Origin: Candidatus Kapaibacterium sp.
GTDB lineage: Bacteria > Bacteroidota > Ignavibacteria > Kapaibacteriales > UBA2268
Assembly: GCA_963665665.1 (NCBI GenBank)
Contig: OY762428.1
Coordinates: 32,001 to 96,000, forward strand
Reading direction: 5' to 3'
Length of the DNA: 64,000 nt
Both the position numbers and the translations under genes were made by a program. Each line of letters starts with the position of its first letter. Position 1 is the stretch's first letter. Shown piece after piece: positions 52,432 to 60,826 of the stretch. Under the pieces are notes generated by a model, which was not told where the DNA came from, ran no database searches, and worked only from the letters and a program-made list of their open reading frames with translations.

Positions 52432-53184
52432 TTACAGATAAATTTTTTCTGCATTAGCAGGATAATCAAACCTAAGCCCTGATTTATCAAGGGAATTCAA
52501 AGTATACTTTTTGATTTCAATAGTAAGTTTTCCTTCGAATTCAGGAAATTCTGCTTTGATTATTGCCGGCAGTTTCATTCCATCGTAATCGGAATACTCA
52601 GAATAATAAACATTTATCACAGTTTCACCGTCCTTGTTGATTCTCTGGTATTGAACAATTGTTGAATCAGCCGGATTTATTAGTGAGTATTCAACATATT
52701 CCCCTGTATTATTTTCGAATAACACATGACCTTTCTCAGACTTATAATCCGAAACTTTATATTCTTCCGGATCGGCAGGTGTTTCATTCCTGAGGATTTT
52801 TACAAGGTCATTGAATGAAAGAGGCAGATTAACAGCCCGCCGGAGATTTTCCTCGCTTGGGGAACCCAGATAAACATTGTTTTCAAAAATATTATAAAAA
52901 ATCAATTCCTTTTCTGAACTGAACATCCTGCCCAGAGGTATTCCCAAAGGGCCGTGTAATACCATCGATACAGAATCAGAGCCGGCAATCATCACGTTTG
53001 TATTTGCACTGTTGTTTAATTCAGGCATATCAATTACAACCGATGCCTTCATTTCAAGTGTATGTATACTATTTTTATTCTCAGGATGCGTTGAAAGCAG
53101 CTGATATTTATCATGCTGCTGCACTGTTGAACAGGATGACAATATTAGTGCTGTCAGAAATGCGATTAAAAAATATTTTCTCAT
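52432..53184 (-). CDS. DUF4292 / LolB-like lipoprotein
   Basis: Lipobox LSSC; DSV......GPLGI..GR, YY..Y....G..LP..I pattern. Confidence 0.7.
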   Translation of the reverse strand: MRKYFLIAFLTALILSSCSTVQQHDKYQLLSTHPENKNSIHTLEMKASVVIDMPELNNSANTNVMIAGSDSVSMVLHGPLGIPLGRMFSSEKELIFYNIFENNVYLGSPSEENLRRAVNLPLSFNDLVKILRNETPADPEEYKVSDYKSEKGHVLFENNTGEYVEYSLINPADSTIVQYQRINKDGETVINVYYSEYSDYDGMKLPAIIKAEFPEFEGKLTIEIKKYTLNSLDKSGLRFDYPANAEKIYL

Positions 53185-53332
53185 GGCTTACTAAGTTATT
53201 TTATTTTGAAATTTATAATTAAATTGAATTTACCATTTTAACAAATAATTTTCAAGTTAAAATTATTTGTTGAAAATGCTTTAATAGTTAAGTCGTCTTG
53301 ATTTTTATTATCAACAAATTATAGGACGAAAA

Positions 53333-53773
53333 ATGCTGTACGTAACAAGACAAATGCGTTTTTCAGCAGCGCACAGACTTTTTAATCCCACTTATAATAA
53401 CGAAAAAAATGATGAAGTGTTCGATAAATGCAATAATTTCCACGGACACGGCCATAATTACACGCTTGAAGTAACTGTTGCAGGCAAACCTGACCCGGAA
53501 ACAGGATATGTTATCGACCTGAAAAAATTAAAAAAGATCATCAATGATAATATTATCGAAAAGGTTGACCATAAACATCTGAATTTTGATGTAGATTTTA
53601 TGAAGGGGATTATCCCTACAGTTGAAAACCTTGCAGTCAAATTCTGGGAAATTCTTGATAAACATATTGATTCCGGAAAATTGCAAAAAATAAAGCTTTT
53701 CGAATCGGAAACCAGCTTTGTGGAATATTTCGGCGAACCAACGGAAATTAAAATATTCGAACAGGATAGATAA
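53333..53773 (+). CDS. PTPS/QueD family protein (6-pyruvoyl- or 6-carboxy-tetrahydropterin synthase), animal-PTPS-like
   Basis: FSAAHRL..N..VFDKCNNFHGHGHNY, DPETGYVIDL, DHKHLN.DV, PTVENLA, LFES. Confidence 0.88.
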   Translation: MLYVTRQMRFSAAHRLFNPTYNNEKNDEVFDKCNNFHGHGHNYTLEVTVAGKPDPETGYVIDLKKLKKIINDNIIEKVDHKHLNFDVDFMKGIIPTVENLAVKFWEILDKHIDSGKLQKIKLFESETSFVEYFGEPTEIKIFEQDR

Positions 53774-53774
53774 A

Positions 53775-54500
53775 ATGGACAAAGAAATCAAAATTGTTAC
53801 AAGCAGCCACCTTAGCGATGATGAAATTGAAGAAGAGCTTAATTCCGGCAAAACAATTTATCCGGATATCAGCCCTGATGGTTTCAAGCTTTTTGATGCT
53901 AACGGCAACTATCCCCTAAGCTCCGAAGAAAAGCAGGAAATGACAATCAGGCTGGAAGAAAAATTCAAAGAAGTTCTTGAAATCCTGAGGATCAGCCTTA
54001 ACGATCCCAACTCTACACAAACACCGGCCCGGATGGCCAGGATGTATGTGAATGAATTGCTCACGGGCAGGTTCGACCCTCCCCCGAAACTTACTGTATT
54101 CCCAAACAGGAAAAAAGTTGATGAGCTTATCATTAGCAAAGGCATCGAGGTGATGTCCCTTTGCTCGCACCACTGGGAACCAATATCAGGCGAATGCGCG
54201 ATAGGATATATCCCCGGCGATTATGTTATAGGGCTTTCCAAGCTGTCAAGAATAACACACTGGTTTGCACGCAGGGGCCAGATACAGGAAGAACTTGGCG
54301 AGCAGATAGCCGACTACCTTGAAAATTTACTAAAACCCAAAGCACTTGGAGTTGTTATAAAAGCACGCCACTATTGCATGATAGCAAGGGGAGTAAAAGG
54401 CAGTGAAAGTAAATCATTAATGGTAACATCTGTTATGCGCGGATGGCTCCGGGATGAATTCAACCTGAGAAACGAATTCCTGAAACTGATAGATGAGTAA
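53775..54500 (+). CDS. folE: GTP cyclohydrolase I
   Basis: TPARMARMY, SLCSHH, GLSKLSR, RR.QIQE, HYCMIARG; ATG at 53775 directly after the PTPS stop. Confidence 0.93.
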   Translation: MDKEIKIVTSSHLSDDEIEEELNSGKTIYPDISPDGFKLFDANGNYPLSSEEKQEMTIRLEEKFKEVLEILRISLNDPNSTQTPARMARMYVNELLTGRFDPPPKLTVFPNRKKVDELIISKGIEVMSLCSHHWEPISGECAIGYIPGDYVIGLSKLSRITHWFARRGQIQEELGEQIADYLENLLKPKALGVVIKARHYCMIARGVKGSESKSLMVTSVMRGWLRDEFNLRNEFLKLIDE

Positions 54501-54627
54501 AACCGACTTAATGTGGTTTCTACATTCGGATTAATTCTTTTAAGAAATTCTTTAATTTTAGGAAATGCCTATACCTGATATTTACAATAGATAATAAATT
54601 GAATTATTAAACTTTGCGGGCTGCAAT

Positions 54628-56310
54628 ATGATATATGACATCAGGCAATCGATCAGGCATTTGAACAGGTATCAGGAAATTATCAGGATATTCATTAAAT
54701 ACGGTTTCTGGGATGTTATTTCGAAAATAAAAATCGGATTGATCCCCGACATAGCAAAGAAAATTATTCCACAATCCGAAGAAAAAGATATTTCTGCCCT
54801 GAGTACTCCCGTCAGGATCAGGATGGCTTTTGAAGAATTGGGCGCAACATTTATCAAACTGGGCCAAATGCTGAGTTCAAGGCCCGATATGATACCTCCG
54901 GAAATTGCACAGGAATTATCCGGCTTGCAGGACCAGGTTGCAGCCGAGGATTTTGTAAAGATAAAAGAAACCCTTGAAGCAGAATTGGGTGGCGTTCTTG
55001 ATGATATTTTCGATTCTTTCGACGAAAAAGCAATTGCAGCTGCTTCCATAGCCCAGGTTTATAAAGCAAAGATAAAAACCGGACAAACCGTTGCAGTTAA
55101 AATACTCAGATCAAATCTTAAAATAAAAATATCTACTGATATTGATATACTGAAGAACTTTGCAGCACTAATCGAAAAATATATACCTGAAAGCAGGCTT
55201 TATAATCCTTCAGGAATAGTTAAAGAGTTCGAGAAAACATTAAAAAAAGAACAGAACCTGGCATTGGAAGGAAGGAATATCGACACATTCAGAAATTATT
55301 CTGCCGATGATAAAACCATCAGGATACCAAAGGTATATTGGGACTATACAAGAGAAAAAATACTGGTAACAGAATTTATTAACGGCGTGAAAATTACTGA
55401 TTTCGGAAATATGAAAAATTCCGAATTAGACAGGCGCCAAATAGCCCTTAACTGCGCACAATCACTTTTAAAACAGATATTTGAGTATGGATTTTTTCAT
55501 GCCGACCCCCACCCAGGCAATCTTTTCGTTCTGCCAGGGAATATTATAGCTCCCGTTGATTTTGGTATGATGGGAAGAATCGACGAAGAAATGAAAGACG
55601 ACCTGCAAAACATTCTACGGGGAATAGTTGAAAAAGATGTTTACAGGATTACTCACGTTTTGCTTAAAATCGGTATGATCGAAGACAGAATTGACACAAG
55701 GGCCCTGCACAGGGATCTGCTGGATTATTTAGACAGGTATCACAGCATCCCGTTGAATAAACTCAATGCCTCAACAATACTGAATGAATTTATGGAAATA
55801 ATCCAGGAATTCCAGATCAAACTCCCCCCCGACCTTGTGATGATGGGGCGTGCACTGGTAATGGAAGAAGCAATCGGAGAAAAACTGGACCCGGAATTCA
55901 ACCTGTTTGAACTTCTTGTTCCTTACGCGCAGAAAACAATGCTCGAATCAATTAATCCACTGAACACCTACCGTAAAACTTTCAGGACAATTGAGCAAGG
56001 CGCGGCACTGATGAATGATCTGCCCGAAGACCTGAAATTTCTTATGAACAAACTAAAAAATGACAAATTAAAATTGAACCTTGAACACCTTGGTATAGAA
56101 AAATTATCAAGGGATATTGACAAATCCAGCAACCGGCTTTCATTTTCGCTGATAATTGCCGCCCTGATAATTGGTTCTTCATTAATAATCAGGGAAGGAA
56201 GCGGCCCCACAATATTCGATTACCCCGCATTTGGCATAATAGGGTATTCCCTGGCTTCAATTCTTGGGATATGGCTGATTATCAGCATACTCAGATCCGG
56301 AAAATTGTAA
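54628..56310 (+). CDS. ubiB: UbiB/AarF (ABC1) family atypical kinase
   Basis: LGATFIKLGQ (KxGQ), AAASIAQV, VAVK, FFHADPHPGN, DFGMMG, two C-terminal TMs. Confidence 0.88.
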   Translation: MIYDIRQSIRHLNRYQEIIRIFIKYGFWDVISKIKIGLIPDIAKKIIPQSEEKDISALSTPVRIRMAFEELGATFIKLGQMLSSRPDMIPPEIAQELSGLQDQVAAEDFVKIKETLEAELGGVLDDIFDSFDEKAIAAASIAQVYKAKIKTGQTVAVKILRSNLKIKISTDIDILKNFAALIEKYIPESRLYNPSGIVKEFEKTLKKEQNLALEGRNIDTFRNYSADDKTIRIPKVYWDYTREKILVTEFINGVKITDFGNMKNSELDRRQIALNCAQSLLKQIFEYGFFHADPHPGNLFVLPGNIIAPVDFGMMGRIDEEMKDDLQNILRGIVEKDVYRITHVLLKIGMIEDRIDTRALHRDLLDYLDRYHSIPLNKLNASTILNEFMEIIQEFQIKLPPDLVMMGRALVMEEAIGEKLDPEFNLFELLVPYAQKTMLESINPLNTYRKTFRTIEQGAALMNDLPEDLKFLMNKLKNDKLKLNLEHLGIEKLSRDIDKSSNRLSFSLIIAALIIGSSLIIREGSGPTIFDYPAFGIIGYSLASILGIWLIISILRSGKL

Positions 56311-56377
56311 TATTGATTATTCGATACTACTCAGCTAATATAATTTTATTCAGTTTCGATAAGAATAATTGCAAAAT

Positions 56378-56549
56378 TGTTATCCTGAGCGCCAGCGAAG
56401 AATCCGTTCCTAAATTGATAATTAATACTTTAAAATTAAAAGAAGCATATGTCCCCCGCTTGCGGGGATGCCCGAAGGCCGATGGTGGTTTCTTTTTTCA
56501 TAGCCTCCGGTCAGGGCATCATTATCCACGCGCTAAAGCACGTGGCAAT
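56378..56549. repeat. Cluster of REP-like palindromic elements (left cluster)
   Basis: TGTTATCCTGAGCGCCAGCGAAGAATCCGTTC (56378-56409), TGTCCCCCGCTTGCGGGGATGCCCGAAGG..GGTGG (56450-56492), CCACGCGCTAAAGCACGTGG (56526-56545). Confidence 0.75.
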
Positions 56550-56713
56550 GAGGGAATTACAATTAATTCTATTAGTTCAATAATATTACCCTGTATTAAT
56601 ATGCTGTGATTTTTTTCATTATCTATGAAAATTTGTTTGGAAAATAAATATATTAATTGTAAATTTATATTAATGACAAATTCAGAGTATAACCTGTGAG
56701 GAACAGAGGACTG

Positions 56714-56790
56714 TAATGTTAATGTTAATGTTAATGTTAATGTTAATGTTAATGTTAATGTTAATGTTAATGTTAATGTTAATGTTAATG
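56714..56790. repeat. Perfect hexanucleotide microsatellite (TAATGT) x ~13
   Basis: 77 bp of uninterrupted TAATGT, 150 bp upstream of the Cys-rich gene. Confidence 0.98.
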
Positions 56791-56939
56791 CAAGAAAAAA
56801 ATTGATATAAAATAACCCTGCCGCAATGAAGATTTCTAATATAATACCTTTTACGCAACTTTAGGTATAATAAAAGAAAAGCTCCATTGAAAGTTGCGGG
56901 CAGGGTCTCATGTAACATTTATAATCTAAGGATTTTTCA

Positions 56940-57551
56940 ATGAAAAAACTAATCTTTTTATCCGTGTTTGTTTTGTTAATCTCAGCAGGAAGCTCAAATG
57001 TGTTTTCTCAGCCTCCTTGCCCTTATAATATGGTTCAAAAAACTTTTAATATTGGAGGGTGTGTTTATGATGTAAACTTGTGCGTAAACTGTAATCCCTT
57101 TAACAATATGGTTGAAGTTAAAGTATGGGGGTTCAACAAGTTAGATCCAAATTGCGATAACGGATTAACCTCAACTCAAGTTTTGGCAGAAATAAAGGAA
57201 CAGGTTAACCGAGCAGAAGTACTTAAAAATCTGTGTACAGAGGGATTCATGCCCTGCGACGGTTCAATGGGTTATTCATATTTCTATATAGCCATACCGA
57301 TTTGTTGGTTCAAATATAATATTAATGGAAATATTTATTATAACATCTGCTATAGTAGCCAAGACTTCTGCATCGAAATTTGGAAATGGTGTTATGATAA
57401 CAATACTGGTCAATATCAAAGAGAACTAGATAGAGAAGCATACCAAAACGGTTCATGGGAAGAGAGATGTTCCAATCCAGAACCTTTAGTTGATCCTCTA
57501 CCTGGAGAACAATCAAGTTGTTTTTATTTGAATACGGATTGTAATCCTTAA
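56940..57551 (+). CDS. Secreted cysteine-rich protein (14 Cys), unknown family
   Basis: Signal peptide MKKLIF..VFS-Q; AAGGA upstream; 14 Cys in about 180 mature residues; no CTD. Confidence 0.85.
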   Translation: MKKLIFLSVFVLLISAGSSNVFSQPPCPYNMVQKTFNIGGCVYDVNLCVNCNPFNNMVEVKVWGFNKLDPNCDNGLTSTQVLAEIKEQVNRAEVLKNLCTEGFMPCDGSMGYSYFYIAIPICWFKYNINGNIYYNICYSSQDFCIEIWKWCYDNNTGQYQRELDREAYQNGSWEERCSNPEPLVDPLPGEQSSCFYLNTDCNP

Positions 57552-57584
57552 TATGCTTGTATCTGACAACAGATATTTATTTAA

Positions 57585-57612
57585 GTGAAGGTAGTTTTCT
57601 GACTGCCTTCAC
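57585..57612 (+). other. Intercistronic hairpin without U-tail
   Basis: GTGAAGGTAGT-TTTCTG-ACTGCCTTCAC (11 bp with one G-U). Confidence 0.65.
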
Positions 57613-57643
57613 AAATTTAATTGAAAATCTCACGGAGTTATAA

Positions 57644-60316
57644 ATGATTCATATAATTAGATTAATAATGATATTCTTCATATCTCAATATGGTGCAAAT
57701 TATCTTTTTGCTTCAATAGAATTAACCCCGTCAAAAATAGATTTATACGGAATACAATGCGCCGGGGACACCCTATATACTTACGGAGATTTTGGCTCGC
57801 TGATGATAAGCCCGGGCGACGGTGAAACATGGAGACAGGTAAAAGCATTCGAATCAGGTGAAATTATTGGATTTTTTATAAACAGCGACAGCCTTACCGC
57901 ATTCAATGACCGTGGCCAGGCTGCTGTTTCAGATGACGGAGGTTATAGCTGGCGGCAGTCTGCCCTGCTGCCCGATTCGATTTTTTGCGTGATAAGCCGG
58001 CCCGGCGGGTGGTTTGTAAGAACAAGAGAATATATTGCTTCCGTAAATGAGAAATTCGAATTAGTAAATAAATTTGAAATAGATTCTCCCAGGCTGGATA
58101 TCCCTAATTATTTCCAATATAAATACTCCATGATTTATTTTAAAGACAGGCTTATTATTACCACTGATTCAACAGAAGTAATGCAATTTGACGGTGATCT
58201 GAATTTGCTGAATACTTTCTCTTTTTTCAAGCAAGGACTATGCAGCTCACATTTCTCTTGGCATCATATAGCTACAAACAAAGAGACATTTTACATAACT
58301 GCCGGAAAGAAAATTTTTAAAACAAACAAATTTCCGGAATTCAGCCTTTTGACAGAAAAAGGAGAATATTATTGGCGAATTAAAATTAATGGAAAGAACT
58401 TAATAAAAATTGAAGCATGGTTTAATTTTGGTATAAGAATGATATCCTTTGACCCGTCGGGAAAACAGGATACTATTCGTGAAATAAATTATTCCAACAG
58501 ACAACCGCCAAGATATGTATATGATTGTCTGCTCCGAAATAATGAAAATATTATTATTGGGGAAGAAAAATTTATATTCAAATCGCAAGCAAATGAAGAT
58601 ATTTTTATTTCAGAATTTTGCGACGTTATGCAATGGTCAGTACCTGATATGACAGGCAAAAACGAGTTCCTTATGATACCCGGTATGGATTTTCAAATTT
58701 ACTCCCCATACATTTACAAAAGTACAAACAACGGAATTACATGGCGTACGACGGTAGATACATCCTATTCGGATCTTTTTAAGAAATATAAAACTTTTTC
58801 ATTCAAATATTACGATACCTCTGATAAAAAATTGTTCATTGGTACAGGAATATACGACAATCCCACGGGAGACGTTCTTATTAGCGACGAAAATGCCCGT
58901 TTTTTTGAATTCAAACCGCTGCAATATTTTACATTGGGTTATGGTTTTATAGATGATATTTTCAAAGTTGGTTATGTTCCGGACCCCGTACCTACAACTA
59001 CAGGTTACGCGGCTCTATGTCATACGTATTACAAAAATATTTATTACCCTAACGTATTTACTTACGATAAAGATTTTAACCTGGAAAGCCGCTTTATTGA
59101 TACAGGTTATGTAAGCAGCTACATACACCTGAAGGATACAAACAATTTTCTGCTCCACTGCGTAAACATGAGCGAATACACGCACGAAATAAAATATACC
59201 ACCGACAGGGGAAAGAACTGGACAATGCTTAAAAAATACAGGCGTTACGATTCTCTTCAATACTGGAAAAATTTTAATTTTAAAGGCGAAAAGATTACAG
59301 CATTCTTCCATTTCTGCTACGATGATTCGATTGCCACCCTTGAATTTCTATATCCTGAAGACTTTTCGGAAATACATATCGATAAGATATATTCTTACAA
59401 GATAAATTCATGGGGTTATCAGCCCAAGGCCTGCAGTGCGATTGAAATGGCAGGCGACACCATGCTGCTTGCCATAAACGACACGCTTTTCCGCTTTACT
59501 GATCCTTATGACCGGGAAAGTTGGGAATATATGCTTTTGCCCGACAATGGTAAAATCTTGAGGACATTGAAGAAGTTCGACGACCGATTTTATATTCATT
59601 ACATGGACGACAATCATCCTGATGCTGCCTATTGGATGACCCTGGACTTTGAAGCGGATTTGAAGGAAGCTGAAATTCAGGCGGGCGATACAGATTTTGA
59701 AACATTTGATATATCTGATGCCGAATACCCGACGGCGAAAATAAGCATAGAAAATCTATCTCCGGACAGCAACCTGGAAATATATGGAATTGATCAAGCA
59801 AAGGAATCAATATTTAGTTTGCAAAATATTGCTCCTGATTCGCTGAACCCGTTCGTGATAGAGCCATTGGAACACAGGGATATAAACATTGCTGTCAGCC
59901 CGGATTCGGCCGGTATATACCGGGACAGCATTTATTTCGAATCCAATGCTCCCGACGGGAAAGCCTGGTCAATACTCCGGACAGATATTACGGACACAAT
60001 TGATACCGGAATTGATTTTGATATTGAAGTTATTGATTACCTTGCTGTTTCCAAACCCTACCCTTCGCCTGCAACTAATAATATTACATTTATGACCTAT
60101 TGGGACCTGAACAGCGACATTGAAAAAGACCAACTGGTTATTTCTGATATCCTTGGCAATCAGATAGGCGGATGGGCAGACGTGACATTAAACAAAACAG
60201 CACCGTATAAAGGGTATATAAACTGGCATTGTTCCAATGTACCTTCAGGAATTTATATTATCAGGATACAAAGAAAATCAGTTGTTAAATCCGTAAAAGT
60301 AGTTGTATATCATTGA
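57644..60316 (+). CDS. T9SS cargo: BNR/Asp-box beta-propeller (Ycf48/sialidase-like fold) + Ig-like domain + CTD
   Basis: Asp-boxes SPGDGETW, SDDGGYSW, STNNGITW, TTDRGKNW; CTD KPYPSPA...SGIYIIRI..KVVV. Confidence 0.82.
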   Translation: MIHIIRLIMIFFISQYGANYLFASIELTPSKIDLYGIQCAGDTLYTYGDFGSLMISPGDGETWRQVKAFESGEIIGFFINSDSLTAFNDRGQAAVSDDGGYSWRQSALLPDSIFCVISRPGGWFVRTREYIASVNEKFELVNKFEIDSPRLDIPNYFQYKYSMIYFKDRLIITTDSTEVMQFDGDLNLLNTFSFFKQGLCSSHFSWHHIATNKETFYITAGKKIFKTNKFPEFSLLTEKGEYYWRIKINGKNLIKIEAWFNFGIRMISFDPSGKQDTIREINYSNRQPPRYVYDCLLRNNENIIIGEEKFIFKSQANEDIFISEFCDVMQWSVPDMTGKNEFLMIPGMDFQIYSPYIYKSTNNGITWRTTVDTSYSDLFKKYKTFSFKYYDTSDKKLFIGTGIYDNPTGDVLISDENARFFEFKPLQYFTLGYGFIDDIFKVGYVPDPVPTTTGYAALCHTYYKNIYYPNVFTYDKDFNLESRFIDTGYVSSYIHLKDTNNFLLHCVNMSEYTHEIKYTTDRGKNWTMLKKYRRYDSLQYWKNFNFKGEKITAFFHFCYDDSIATLEFLYPEDFSEIHIDKIYSYKINSWGYQPKACSAIEMAGDTMLLAINDTLFRFTDPYDRESWEYMLLPDNGKILRTLKKFDDRFYIHYMDDNHPDAAYWMTLDFEADLKEAEIQAGDTDFETFDISDAEYPTAKISIENLSPDSNLEIYGIDQAKESIFSLQNIAPDSLNPFVIEPLEHRDINIAVSPDSAGIYRDSIYFESNAPDGKAWSILRTDITDTIDTGIDFDIEVIDYLAVSKPYPSPATNNITFMTYWDLNSDIEKDQLVISDILGNQIGGWADVTLNKTAPYKGYINWHCSNVPSGIYIIRIQRKSVVKSVKVVVYH

Positions 60317-60356
60317 GTTACATAATTTTATAGATAGTACCACAAAAATATAAATT

Positions 60357-60766
60357 TGTCATCCTGAGCGCCAGCGAAGGATCCGTTCTTTATACATTCC
60401 CCCTCATTACGAAGTTGTAATTCGTAATGCAGTTTTCTTTTGAAGCTGAGCTTCTCTATTTCAAAGTAGAACTTTGCAGGAAAAATTCATTCCCAAGTAC
60501 AACTTGGGAAGGAGGGAAAATCACCTGTCCCCCGCTGGCGGGGGTGTCCGAAGGACGGGGGTGGATTTCCGGAAAATTCCCCTCGTTGAGGGGTGGCGAG
60601 CGCAGCGAGTTCCCGACACGTCGGGACAGGCTGGGGTGGTTTCTTTTTCCGATTGAAGTTATTATAGTTTGTGTATTGTCACTCTGAGCGCAGCGAAGAG
60701 TCCATTCTTCAAGATTTTCTGCTATTTTGTATGGATTCTTCGGTCGCTTCGCTTTCTCAGAATGAC
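60357..60766. repeat. Dense cluster of several REP-like/REPIN-like palindromic families (right cluster)
   Basis: TGTCATCCTGAGCGCCAGCGAAGGATCC (60357), CATTACGAA..TTCGTAATG (60405-60429), TTCCCAAGTACAACTTGGGAA (60490-60510), TGTCCCCCGCTGGCGGGGG (60526), TCCCGACACGTCGGGA, and the inverted doublet TGTCACTCTGAG...CTCAGAATGAC (60677-60766). Confidence 0.8.
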
Positions 60767-60826
60767 CGCTTTATACAATTTTTTCAGATTTTCAAAGTTC
60801 AGCTGAATAGTAACTTTTCGTTTAAA

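Noticed and set aside
56697-56699. Selenocysteine or stop read-through at the TGA in the MTNSEYNL*GTEDC(NV)n frame
   Set aside because: No SECIS-like hairpin follows, and TGA serves as a normal stop in other genes here.
56714-56790. Possible CRISPR array
   Set aside because: Pure 6-bp tandem repeat with no spacers; no cas genes in the window.
56682-56918. Minus-strand ORF with an (IN)n run
   Set aside because: It is open mainly because the microsatellite lacks stops in that frame; no other coding evidence.
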